From Acidimicrobiales bacterium (GTDB lineage: Bacteria > Actinomycetota > Acidimicrobiia > Acidimicrobiales > CADCSY01): a stretch of 40,649 nucleotides of DNA. Each line of letters begins with the position of its first letter. Within the stretch, counting starts at the first letter, position 1. Positions 1 through 8,774 of the stretch are shown here, in pieces. The stretch lies in the NCBI GenBank assembly GCA_038255685.1, contig JBBSLC010000003.1, positions 1 through 40,649 on the forward strand, given 5' to 3'. The translations under genes were made by a program, and so were the position numbers. The notes under the pieces are model-generated. The model searched no databases. It saw only the letters and a list, made by a program, of their open reading frames with translations, and had not been told where the DNA came from.

Positions 1-258
1 CTCGCCTACCCGCTCCACCCGCCGGGCCGGCCCGATCGGCCGAGGACCGCCCACCTGTGCGACATCGCCGTGCCCTGCCTGTTCGTCTCCGGCACGCGTG
101 ACCCGTTCGCCACGACCGACGAGCTCGAGGCGGCGGCGGCGTCCATCCCCGGCAACGTCACCCACCACTGGGTCGAGGGCAAGGGCCACGACCTGCGAGG
201 CGTCGACGATGCCGTCGCTGAGGTCGTCGCCGCCTGGGTGGCTGGTCTGCCTGGCTGA
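1..258 (+). CDS. alpha/beta hydrolase (KANL3/Tex30-like), 5'-partial
   Basis: Frame 1 is open from base 1: LAYPLHPPGRP...PCLFVSGTRDPF...GKGHDL. YPLHPPG, GTRDPF (catalytic Asp) and GHDL (catalytic His) fit this family. Confidence 0.8.
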   Translation, partial: LAYPLHPPGRPDRPRTAHLCDIAVPCLFVSGTRDPFATTDELEAAAASIPGNVTHHWVEGKGHDLRGVDDAVAEVVAAWVAGLPG

Positions 259-272
259 CGCAGGGCGCAGCC

Positions 273-1835
273 CTACGCCAGGGGGAGGGGCGGCAGCCCG
301 CCGAGGTCGTCCTCGGGGTTGATGTCCTCCAGCTCGCGGTGGGCCGTCTCGGGATAGGCCACGAGCACGAGCGCGACGAGGATGGCAGGGCCGATGGCGA
401 GCACCGCGAGCGCGGGGCCGAGCCCGCCGAAGCGGTCCGAGAGCACGCCCGCGGCGAGCAGCCCGGCGCTCGCACCGAGGACCCCGCAGACACCGATCAG
501 GCCGTTCGCCTTGCCTCGCAGGGAGGTCGGGAACAGCTCGGGGCCGTAGACGCCGAGCGCCGGCACCGTCATCGCTCCGAGGATGGCGCCGATGACCGAC
601 CAGACGTAGATCCCTGTGCCTCCGCTCAGGTACATGAGCACCGTCGCGCCGACCCCACCGACGAGGCCGATCGCACCGATGAGCCGTCGCCCCCTGATGT
701 CGGCGAGGCGCCCGCCGATGACGATGCCGATGCCGCCCGGGGTGTTCGTGAGGATCGTGAAGGCGGAGATGCCGGCTGCGCTGAAGCCCCGCTCGTCGCG
801 CAGGAACTCGTTCTGGAACTGCGATGCCGGGGCGGTGAACAGCGAGAGCAGGAAGGCGGAGCCGGCCAGGAGAGCGAGGCGCCCACCGTGGCCGACGAGG
901 CCCACGTCGTTGTGGGGCTGGCCGAAGCGTCGGCTCTCGGGCAGGCGCCGAGCGATGCCACGCACGAGGGGCAGGGCGAGCAGGGGCAGCAGGTAGAGGA
1001 TGCGCCAGCCGCCGTCGGCGACATCGGCCAAGGGCAGGAAGAGCACGCACTGGCCAGCGCCGAGCGCAGCCGCCATGCCGAGCACACTGACGGCGTAGGC
1101 GCGCGAGCCGCGCGGCATCTCCTCCGCAGCGACGATGGCGATGAGCAGTGCGAGCGCGGTCGAGAAGGCTCGTGAGGCGGTCTGGCTCGCCGTGAGCCAG
1201 GGGAGCGACGGCGCGAGCGCGCCGGACGCGGCGAAGAGGATGCCGCCGGTGGCAGCCACCAGGAGGACGACCCGGCGGCCCTTCCGGTCGGCGACGGCCA
1301 CGAGCACGAGGGCGAGGGCGATCCCCACCCGGACCGTGGCGAGCGCGGCCCCCTGGGCTCGGTTGTCGGTGATCCCGAAGTCGTCGACCGCGTAGGTGAT
1401 GGTCTGGGTCAGCAGCGTGCCGAGGTAGCCCGCCACCAGCGATGCTGCGGCGAGGACGCCGAGGATGCTGGCCGCCCTGGCATCGAGCCGGTCGGGCGGC
1501 GCCCACCAGGGCTGGCGGCCTGACTGCGTCGGCTGCCGACGGAGCGCTCGCACCGCCCCGGGCAGGAAGATGAACCCGAAGTAGGGCACGGCGATCGAGA
1601 ACCTGGCCTCGGAGGCGACCTCGTAGTGCCCGTCGCCGACGGGTTCGACGGTCACCTCGCGGCGGTAGCCGGTGACCGGCCCGGCCTCGGCCGAGAAGGT
1701 CGCCCGGTGCGGCCCCGATCGGTCGAGGTCCACGGGCGGGCCGTCACGCACCTCGACGACGAGGTCGTCCCGCTCGCTCAGCCACGCCTCGGCCCCTGCC
1801 CGGTCGACGACCGGGCGGGCCACCGCTCTCGCCAC
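273..1835 (-). CDS. MFS transporter with extra ~110-aa N-terminal soluble domain
   Basis: About 12 hydrophobic segments, motif A copies ADRKGRR and GRLADIRGRR, ELFPTSLRG and PET C-terminal motifs. Confidence 0.9.
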   Translation of the reverse strand: MARAVARPVVDRAGAEAWLSERDDLVVEVRDGPPVDLDRSGPHRATFSAEAGPVTGYRREVTVEPVGDGHYEVASEARFSIAVPYFGFIFLPGAVRALRRQPTQSGRQPWWAPPDRLDARAASILGVLAAASLVAGYLGTLLTQTITYAVDDFGITDNRAQGAALATVRVGIALALVLVAVADRKGRRVVLLVAATGGILFAASGALAPSLPWLTASQTASRAFSTALALLIAIVAAEEMPRGSRAYAVSVLGMAAALGAGQCVLFLPLADVADGGWRILYLLPLLALPLVRGIARRLPESRRFGQPHNDVGLVGHGGRLALLAGSAFLLSLFTAPASQFQNEFLRDERGFSAAGISAFTILTNTPGGIGIVIGGRLADIRGRRLIGAIGLVGGVGATVLMYLSGGTGIYVWSVIGAILGAMTVPALGVYGPELFPTSLRGKANGLIGVCGVLGASAGLLAAGVLSDRFGGLGPALAVLAIGPAILVALVLVAYPETAHRELEDINPEDDLGGLPPLPLA

Positions 1836-1838
1836 GCG

Positions 1839-2027
1839 CTACCGCCCGTCGGGGTCGGGCTCGGGGAGGACCGCGCCGTCTGCCCCTGCGCCCTCGCCCT
1901 GCTCGGCGGCCGCCCGCCTCTGGGCGAGCCAGAGCAGCCCGACCAGCACCGCCATCGGCACCGCCACGAACAGCGCCTCGTCCCACCCGCCCTGGTGGGC
2001 GAGCACGACGTCGGGGAGGCGGCTCAC
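1839..2027 (-). CDS. small single-TM membrane protein (62 aa)
   Basis: GTG at 2027 is preceded by TACGCT plus 6 nt. Protein reads VLAHQGGWDE, one TM helix, acidic tail. Stop lies 3 nt before the MFS start. Confidence 0.65.
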   Translation of the reverse strand: MSRLPDVVLAHQGGWDEALFVAVPMAVLVGLLWLAQRRAAAEQGEGAGADGAVLPEPDPDGR

Positions 2028-2057
2028 GAGGGGAGCGTAGGACGCTGCGGGCGGGGT

Positions 2058-2083
2058 GGAACATCGACCCGCCGGACCGTGTT
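2058..2083 (+). promoter_or_regulatory. SigH/SigR-type ECF promoter (GGAAC-N18-GTT)
   Basis: GGAAC 2058-2062, 18-nt spacer, GTT 2081-2083, just upstream of the nfuA-like start. Matches the actinobacterial GGAAY-N18-GTT consensus. Confidence 0.7.
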
Positions 2084-2096
2084 CACTGGAGACGTG

Positions 2097-2321
2097 ATGA
2101 AAGACCGCATCCGCCAGACCATCGACGTCATCCGCCCCGCCCTCCAGGCCGACGGTGGCGACATCGTGGTGCGCGACGTCAACGAGGAGACGGGCGAGAT
2201 CACCGTCGAGCTCGTCGGGGCGTGCGGTACGTGCCCGGCCTCGACCCAGACGATGAAGGCCGGGATCGAACGGATCCTGAAGGACCGCGTCGAGGGCGTC
2301 ACGTCGGTCGTCGCCGTCTGA
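2097..2321 (+). CDS. nfuA: NifU/NfuA C-terminal-domain Fe-S cluster carrier
   Basis: IRPALQADGGDI and GACGTCPAS (CxxC) then TMKAGIERIL. GGAG lies before GTG/ATG at 2094/2097. Confidence 0.9.
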   Translation: MKDRIRQTIDVIRPALQADGGDIVVRDVNEETGEITVELVGACGTCPASTQTMKAGIERILKDRVEGVTSVVAV

Positions 2322-2356
2322 TCCGAGCCCGATCGCGGCTGTCCTAGGGTGCGGTC

Positions 2357-3337
2357 GTGGCCGCCCCCCGCCGTGATCCCGAGGCTCTCGTCGCCGCGCT
2401 GCGAGCCGGTGACCGGGCGGCGCTCGCCCGGGCGCTCTCGCTCGTCGAGCGCGGGGGTGAGGACGCTCGCACCGTCGGGCGCCTCTCGTTCCCACACGGC
2501 GGGCGCACGTACACGGTGGGCCTGACGGGCGCGCCGGGTGCCGGCAAGTCGACGCTGACCAGCGCCACGATCGCCGAGCTCCGGTCCGTGGGCGACGAGG
2601 TCGCCGTCCTCGCCATCGACCCGTCGTCGCCCTTCACCGGCGGGGCGATCCTCGGCGACCGGGTCCGCATGCAGGACCACGCGCTCGACGTCGGCGTGTT
2701 CATCCGCTCGATGGCCACCCGCGGTCACCTCGGCGGCCTCGCCCTCGCCGCCCCCCAGGCGGTGCGGGTGCTCGACGCGGCGGGAGCGCCGTGGGTCCTG
2801 CTCGAGACGGTCGGCGTGGGGCAGGTCGAGGTCGAGGTCGCAGGGGCGGCGGACACGACGGTCGTGGTCGTCAACCCGGGGTGGGGTGACGCCGTGCAGG
2901 CGGCCAAGGCGGGTCTGCTCGAGATCGCCGACGTCTTCGTGATCAACAAGGCGGACCGTCCGGGGGCTGCCGAGACCCGACGCGACCTCGAGGGCATGCT
3001 CGACCTCACCATGAGCATCCACGACGCCGGCACCGAAGGCTCCACGTCGTGGCGCCCGCCGATCATCGAGACCGTCGCCTCCCGGGGCGAGGGTGCGAAG
3101 GCGATGTGGGAGGCGGTGTGCGCCCACAAGGCCCATCTGGAGCGGACGGGCCAGCTCGAGGAGCGTCGAGCCCGTCGCGCCGGCGACGAGCTGCGCACGA
3201 TCATCGCCCGCAGCCTCGAGCAGCGGGCCCTCGGCATCGCCGGTGGCGAGCGCTTCACCGAGCTCCACGCCGCCGTCGTCGCCCGCACCACCGATCCCTA
3301 CCAGGCAGCGGACGAGCTCATCGCCGCCGCCAGCTGA
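2357..3337 (+). CDS. meaB: methylmalonyl-CoA mutase-associated GTPase MeaB/ArgK
   Basis: GAPGAGKST, DPSSPFTGGAILGDRVRM, RSMATRG, ETVGVGQ and NKAD motifs. Confidence 0.93.
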   Translation: MAAPRRDPEALVAALRAGDRAALARALSLVERGGEDARTVGRLSFPHGGRTYTVGLTGAPGAGKSTLTSATIAELRSVGDEVAVLAIDPSSPFTGGAILGDRVRMQDHALDVGVFIRSMATRGHLGGLALAAPQAVRVLDAAGAPWVLLETVGVGQVEVEVAGAADTTVVVVNPGWGDAVQAAKAGLLEIADVFVINKADRPGAAETRRDLEGMLDLTMSIHDAGTEGSTSWRPPIIETVASRGEGAKAMWEAVCAHKAHLERTGQLEERRARRAGDELRTIIARSLEQRALGIAGGERFTELHAAVVARTTDPYQAADELIAAAS

Positions 3338-3356
3338 CCGGACGTAGGGTTCGGCG

Positions 3357-4145
3357 ATGAGCGCAGACGGGGCGGAAGAGCTGGTCGTGGTCGAGCGGGG
3401 GGAGGACGGGGTCGCCACCCTGCGCCTGAACCGGCCCAAGGTCAACGCCATGTCGAAGGCGCTGCTGACCGCGCTGCGCGAGGCAGCCGAGGGACTGATC
3501 GCCGACCCGCCCGGTGCGGTCGTGGTGACCGGCGGTGAGCGGGTCTTCGCCGCAGGTGCTGAGATCTCGGAGTTCGCGGGACCGGCCGAAGCCAGGGAGA
3601 TCGGGGCGCTGTTCCGGGACGCGCTCGGCGCCGTCGCCGCCATCCCCCGGTTCACGATCGCCGCCATCACCGGCGTGGCCCTCGGTGGGGGCTGCGAGCT
3701 GGCGCTCGCCTGCGACTGGCGGATCTGCGCAGAGAACGCCCGCCTCGGCCAGCCGGAGATCCTCCTCGGCATCATCCCTGGCGGCGGCGGCACACAGCGG
3801 CTGCCCCGCCTCATCGGTGCTGCCCGGGCGAAGGAGATCATCCTCACCGGCCGGCAGGTCAAGGCCGAGGAGGCGCTGCGCATCGGGCTCGTCGACGAGG
3901 TGGTCCCTGCCGCCGAGGTGCTCGGCAGGGCGAGGGAGAAGGCAGCGGAGCTCGCAGCAGGCGCCGTCGTCGCCCAGGGCCTCGCGAAGCGGGCCGTGGA
4001 CGAGGGCACCGAGACCACCCTGGCATGGGGCCTCGACCGTGAGATCGACCTGTTCGGGGAGGTCTTCGCGACCGACGACAGCCAGATCGGTGTCCGCTCG
4101 TTCCTCGAGTCCGGCCCGGGCAAGGCGACCTTCACCGGAAGGTGA
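3357..4145 (+). CDS. enoyl-CoA hydratase/isomerase
   Basis: FAAGAEI, ALGGGCELALACD and GQPEILLGIIPGGGGTQRL, with both catalytic Glu residues present. Confidence 0.93.
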   Translation: MSADGAEELVVVERGEDGVATLRLNRPKVNAMSKALLTALREAAEGLIADPPGAVVVTGGERVFAAGAEISEFAGPAEAREIGALFRDALGAVAAIPRFTIAAITGVALGGGCELALACDWRICAENARLGQPEILLGIIPGGGGTQRLPRLIGAARAKEIILTGRQVKAEEALRIGLVDEVVPAAEVLGRAREKAAELAAGAVVAQGLAKRAVDEGTETTLAWGLDREIDLFGEVFATDDSQIGVRSFLESGPGKATFTGR

Positions 4146-4219
4146 AGGTGAGCAGCGCCACCGGGCGGTAGACGCAAGTCCGCCGGGACTCGGAGCAGGG
4201 GGCGGGCTAGGTTCGACCT

Positions 4220-4240
4220 GTGGTCCAGGGCGGTCGATGA
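4220..4240 (+). other. candidate leaderless 6-codon uORF (MVQGGR) coupled to the nfeD-like gene
   Basis: TAGGTT 4208-4213, 6 nt, then GTG 4220. Its TGA 4238-4240 overlaps ATG 4237. Confidence 0.4.
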
Positions 4241-4767
4241 CGGGGCTCTACCTGTTCGCCGCCGCTGCGGGGGTCCCGCTCGTGCTGTGGTTCCTGTTCA
4301 GCGGCGGGGACGAAGGTGCTGACGGCGGTGACGAAGGTGTCGCCGGCGTCATGCTCCGCCTCCTGCCGCTGAGCACGATCGCCTTCATCCTCGCCACCTT
4401 CGGTGTGTGCGGCCTCGTCCTCGGCGCCGTCGGGACCGGTGCCGGGACCACGTTCGTGGGTTCGGCTGCGGCGGCAGCCGCGGCTGGCGCGCTCAACACC
4501 ACCTTGTTCTCCTATCTCCGCCGCTCCGACTCGGGCAGCGGGGTCAGCGACCGCGAGCTCGCCGGCTCGGTGGGGCGCGTCGTGCTCCCGGTCGCTGGCG
4601 AGCGACGTGGGCGGATCGCCCTCGACGTCGGCGGCCAGCAGATCTACCTGTCGGCCCAGACCATGCCCGACGCCCCCGCCGAGCTCGAGGTCGGGGCCCC
4701 TGTCCTCGTGGTCGAGGTCGAGGGCGGCATCGCTCGGGTCACCCGTCTCGACCCGGAGCTCTCGTGA
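4237..4767 (+). CDS. short NfeD-like membrane protein (TM helices plus C-terminal OB fold)
   Basis: Three hydrophobic segments, then LAGSVGRVVLPV...GRI...GAPVLVVEVEGGIARV. Directly upstream of flotillin. The 3535 start in the ORF track is an overextension. Confidence 0.8.
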   Translation: MTGLYLFAAAAGVPLVLWFLFSGGDEGADGGDEGVAGVMLRLLPLSTIAFILATFGVCGLVLGAVGTGAGTTFVGSAAAAAAAGALNTTLFSYLRRSDSGSGVSDRELAGSVGRVVLPVAGERRGRIALDVGGQQIYLSAQTMPDAPAELEVGAPVLVVEVEGGIARVTRLDPELS

Positions 4768-4813
4768 GCGCCGGCCTGCACCACCTCACCAACCGCCAGG
4801 AGCTGAACCACCC

Positions 4814-6136
4814 ATGACCGGTCTCATCATCGGCATCATCCTCGCCTTCGTCGTGCTGCTCATCATCACGACCGTCCGGAGCCTCATCATCATCTGTCCG
4901 CCCAACCGCGTGGCGGTGATCTCGGGTCGGACCCGCCAGCTGAGCGACGGGCGCACCGTCGGCTACCGGGCCATCAGGGGTGGTCGGACCTTGCGCGTGC
5001 CCCTCCTCGAGCGGGTGTCGTGGATGGAGCTCAACACGATCCCCATCGAGGTGTCGGTGCAGAACGCCTACTCACGCGGCGCCATCCCGCTCAACGTGCA
5101 GGGCATCGCCAACGTGAAGGTGTCGAGCGTCGAGGGCCTGCTCCAGAACTCCGTCGAGCGCTTCCTCGAGGTGCCCCAGGCCGCCATCGCCGCCATCGCC
5201 AAGGAGACCCTCGAGGCGAACCTCCGCGGCGTGCTGGCAACGCTGACGCCCGAGGAGGTCAACGAGGATCGGCTGAAGTTCGCCCAGACGCTCATCGACG
5301 AGGCGGACGACGACATCAAGACGCTCGGCCTCGAGCTCGACGTGCTCAAGATCCAGAACGTCACCGACGAGGTCGGCTACCTCGACTCGGTCGGGCGCCG
5401 CCAGACCGCCGAGGTGCTGAAGGAGGCCAGGGTCGCCGAGGCCCAGCGCAAGGCCGAAGCCGAGGAGTCCGAGGCGCTCTCCCGCCAGCGGGCCGAGATC
5501 GCGACCGCCCAGGCCGACCTCAAGATCGTCGAGCAGCAGAACAACCTCCGGGTCCGCCAAGCCGAGCTCGAAGCGCTCGCCGGCGCCGCTGAGGCCGAGG
5601 CCAAGGTGGCGGGCGAGAAGGCCAAGGTCGTCGCCGAGCAGGCGCTCGAGACCGAGCGGGTCAAGCTCGAGACGAAGCGGCTCGAGGCCGACGTGGTGGC
5701 CCCTGCACGTGCCGACCTCGAAGCCAAGCAGCTCGCCGCGCAGGCTGACGCAGCGAAGATCCTCGAGGCGGGCAACGCCCAGACCGAGGTCTTCCGCCGG
5801 CTCGTCGAGCAGTACCAGGCTGCAGGGCCCGACGCCCAGCGGGTGTTCGTGCTGCGGATGCTGCCCGAGATCATCAGCAAGATCGTCTCGACCGTCGACA
5901 ACGTCGACATCGGGAAGGTCTCGATCATCGACAGCGGCGGTCAGGGCAGCGGCATCGGCAACTTCATGAACCAGCTGCCGGCCGCGGTGATCGGCCTCAC
6001 CGAGCAGCTCGAGAACGCGACCGGTGTCGACCTGCTCAAAGCGCTCCGGCCCGACCCGACGGTCCCTGCGCTCGCCGTCGTCCCCGAGCTGGACGAGGAA
6101 GAGGTCTGGGACGAGGAGACCGACCCCGAGCTCTGA
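4814..6136 (+). CDS. flotillin (SPFH domain plus EA-rich coiled coil)
   Basis: N-terminal TM, ICPPN.VAVISGR, ETLEANLRGVLATLTPEEVNEDRLKF, LKIQNVTD and Ala/Glu-rich coil. AGGAG upstream. Confidence 0.92.
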   Translation: MTGLIIGIILAFVVLLIITTVRSLIIICPPNRVAVISGRTRQLSDGRTVGYRAIRGGRTLRVPLLERVSWMELNTIPIEVSVQNAYSRGAIPLNVQGIANVKVSSVEGLLQNSVERFLEVPQAAIAAIAKETLEANLRGVLATLTPEEVNEDRLKFAQTLIDEADDDIKTLGLELDVLKIQNVTDEVGYLDSVGRRQTAEVLKEARVAEAQRKAEAEESEALSRQRAEIATAQADLKIVEQQNNLRVRQAELEALAGAAEAEAKVAGEKAKVVAEQALETERVKLETKRLEADVVAPARADLEAKQLAAQADAAKILEAGNAQTEVFRRLVEQYQAAGPDAQRVFVLRMLPEIISKIVSTVDNVDIGKVSIIDSGGQGSGIGNFMNQLPAAVIGLTEQLENATGVDLLKALRPDPTVPALAVVPELDEEEVWDEETDPEL

Positions 6137-6144
6137 GCCCGGGG

Positions 6145-8670
6145 TCAGCCCCAGGCGATGAGGCCGAGCTCCACGGGTGTGGTGAGATCGGGGTGGGACG
6201 GCACCACGCGCACGGTGACGCCGTAGCGCCCCGGGCGCTCCATCCGGAACCGGCCCTCGAACGAGAGGTGCCCGTCGTCGGCGCTGCCGGCGGGGGCCAT
6301 GGCGACGGCGACCGGGGTCTCGAGCTCGTCGCTCTGGCCGACCGGGCCGTGGAGCAGCTGGACCTCGACGTCGCCGACGTCGAGGCTGCCGAGGGACACG
6401 GTCGCTCGCACGACTCGCTCCTGGCCGAGGTCGGAGGCGTCGTCCTCGCTCTCGACGGCATCGACGTGCACCGCCTTCCAGTCAGCCCTGACCCGGGCCT
6501 TCCAGGTGGCCAGCGCCGACGCCCGGGCGTGACCCCCGGCGGCGAGTGCGTCCGCACGAGCAGCGGTGGGCTCGTACAGGTCGGTGACGTAGTCCTGCAC
6601 CATGCGGCTGGCGACGACCTGGGGGCCGAGCGACGCGAGGTTGTGCTTCACCCGCTCGATCCAGCGCCTCGGCACCGGCCCCGGGCCCCGCTCGTAGAAC
6701 TGGGGCACGATCTGATCCTCGAGCAGGGAGAAGAGGCTGTCGGCCTCGAGCTGGTCGCGCTTGGCCAGGTCGGCCTCGCCCTCCGCCGAGCTGATGGCCC
6801 ACCCGTTCTCGCCGTCGAACATCTCGTCCCACCAGCCGTCGAGGATCGAGCAGTTCAGCGCCCCGTTGAGCGCAGCCTTCTCCCCGCTCGTGCCGCACGC
6901 CTCCTGCGGGCGGCGCGGGTTGTTCAGCCAGACGTCAGCTCCCTGGTAGAGCACGCGGGCGACGGCGATGTCGTAGTCGTCCACGAAGACGAAGCGGTGG
7001 CGGATCGCCGGGTCGCTCGAGAAGGCGACGATCTGGCGGATGATCTCCTTGCCGAGGTCGTCGGCCGGGTGGGCCTTGCCGGCGAACACGAACTGCACCG
7101 GGCGCTCGGTCGAGGTCAGCAGCGCCTTGAGCCGCTCGGGCTGGCTCAGCAGCAGCGTGCCCCGCTTGTAGGTGGCGAAGCGGCGCGCGAAGCAGACGGT
7201 GAGCGCCTTGGGGTCGAGGACCTCGGCGGTCCACGCAACGTCTGAGCTGCTCATGCCCCTCGCCGTGAGGCTCGACCGCAGGTGGTCGCGGACGAAGGAG
7301 ACGAGGTGCTCACGCCCCAGCTCGCGCACCCGCCACACCTCGTCGTCGCCGGCGTCGACGATGCGCGCCCAGCGCTCGGGGCCGGCCTCGTGCCACTCGG
7401 GGAGGACGTGGCGCTCGAGCAAGGCGTCGATCTCCGAGCTCACCCACGTGTGGGGGTGCACGCCGTTGGTCACCGAGCCGATGGGCACCTCGTCCACCGG
7501 CACACCCGGCCACAGCGGAGCGAACATCGCCCGGCTCACGGCGCCGTGCAGCTTGGAGACGGCGTTGCTGCGACCGGCGAGGCGCAGACCCATGACCGCC
7601 ATGTTGAACGGGGCTGCGGGGTCCTCGTCCGGCTCGTGGCCGAGCGCCATGAGCTCGTCGAGGGTGATGCCGCACTCGCTCGCCCACGTGCCGAAGTAGC
7701 GCTCGAGCAGTGCCCTCGGGAAGCGGTCGATGCCCGCCGGCACGGGCGTGTGGGTCGTGAAGATGCTCGCCCCCCGGACGGCCTCGAGGGCGTCGGCGAA
7801 CGGGAGGCCGCCGGCGACGAGCGTCCGGATGCGCTCGAGGCCGAGGAAGCCGGCGTGGCCCTCGTTGGTGTGGAAGACCTGCGGGTCCTCACCGACGGCG
7901 GCGAGCGCCCGCACGCCACCGACGCCGAGCAGGATCTCCTGGCGCAGGCGGTGCTCCGTGTCGCCGCCGTAGAGCCGGTCGGTGACGATGCGGGTGGCGT
8001 CGTCGTTCTCCTCCACGTCGGCGTCGAGCAGGTAGAGCCGGACCCGGCCGACCTCGGCCAGCCAGATCCGAGCCGACAGCGTCGTGCCGGCGAGGTCGAC
8101 GGTGATGCGCACGCCCTCCACCGGCTTCAGGGCCATGGCGAAGGGGTCGAGGCTCGGGTAGCGCTCCTGCTGCCAGCCATCGCTGTTGAGGGACTGGCGG
8201 AAGTAGCCGTGGCGGTAGAAGAGGCCGACCCCGACGAGGGGGACGCCGAGGTCGCTCGCCGCCTTCAGGTGGTCGCCGGCGAGGACGCCGAGCCCCCCTG
8301 AGTACTGGGGGAGCGCCTCGGCGATGCCGAACTCCGGGCTGAAGTAGGCGATCTCCCTGAGCGGCGTATCCCTCCGCCCCTGGAACCAGCGGTCACGCTC
8401 CTGGTAGCGCCGCAGGGCGTCGTGCACCTCGCTCAGGTACGAGCGGAAGGCCGGATCCCCCTCCAGCTCTGTGAGGCGCTCGCGGCTCACGCGGGCCAGC
8501 AGCGCCACCGGATCGTGGACGGTGACCTCCCAGGCATCGGGGTCGACCCAGCGGAACAGGTCGCGTGTGCGCTCGTCCCAGGACCACCTGAGGTTCATCG
8601 CCAGCTCGGCGAGACCTTCGAGTGCCTCGGGCAGTCGGGGCTTCACGGTGAAGCTGCGCAGCGCCTTCAC
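6145..8670 (-). CDS. glgP: alpha-glucan (glycogen) phosphorylase
   Basis: YSGGLGVLAGDHLK, NEGH, FTTHTPVPAG, ARRFATYKR and EACGTSGEKA (PLP lysine). Confidence 0.96.
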   Translation of the reverse strand: MKALRSFTVKPRLPEALEGLAELAMNLRWSWDERTRDLFRWVDPDAWEVTVHDPVALLARVSRERLTELEGDPAFRSYLSEVHDALRRYQERDRWFQGRRDTPLREIAYFSPEFGIAEALPQYSGGLGVLAGDHLKAASDLGVPLVGVGLFYRHGYFRQSLNSDGWQQERYPSLDPFAMALKPVEGVRITVDLAGTTLSARIWLAEVGRVRLYLLDADVEENDDATRIVTDRLYGGDTEHRLRQEILLGVGGVRALAAVGEDPQVFHTNEGHAGFLGLERIRTLVAGGLPFADALEAVRGASIFTTHTPVPAGIDRFPRALLERYFGTWASECGITLDELMALGHEPDEDPAAPFNMAVMGLRLAGRSNAVSKLHGAVSRAMFAPLWPGVPVDEVPIGSVTNGVHPHTWVSSEIDALLERHVLPEWHEAGPERWARIVDAGDDEVWRVRELGREHLVSFVRDHLRSSLTARGMSSSDVAWTAEVLDPKALTVCFARRFATYKRGTLLLSQPERLKALLTSTERPVQFVFAGKAHPADDLGKEIIRQIVAFSSDPAIRHRFVFVDDYDIAVARVLYQGADVWLNNPRRPQEACGTSGEKAALNGALNCSILDGWWDEMFDGENGWAISSAEGEADLAKRDQLEADSLFSLLEDQIVPQFYERGPGPVPRRWIERVKHNLASLGPQVVASRMVQDYVTDLYEPTAARADALAAGGHARASALATWKARVRADWKAVHVDAVESEDDASDLGQERVVRATVSLGSLDVGDVEVQLLHGPVGQSDELETPVAVAMAPAGSADDGHLSFEGRFRMERPGRYGVTVRVVPSHPDLTTPVELGLIAWG

Positions 8671-8708
8671 CTGGACGCCGATGGGTTGGCCGTCGCGCTC
8701 GCCTGCAT
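8667..8708 (-). other. candidate near-leaderless 13-codon uORF (MQASATANPSASR) coupled to glgP
   Basis: Minus-strand TACGGT at 8722-8717, ATG at 8708. TGA 8669-8667 overlaps the glgP GTG, which has no SD. Confidence 0.35.
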
Positions 8709-8774
8709 GGGCCGCGACCGTAGTTGGCGAGGTGTGGGGTTTCGCTCGGCGCGTTCGTTTGGAAGGGTGGGAGG

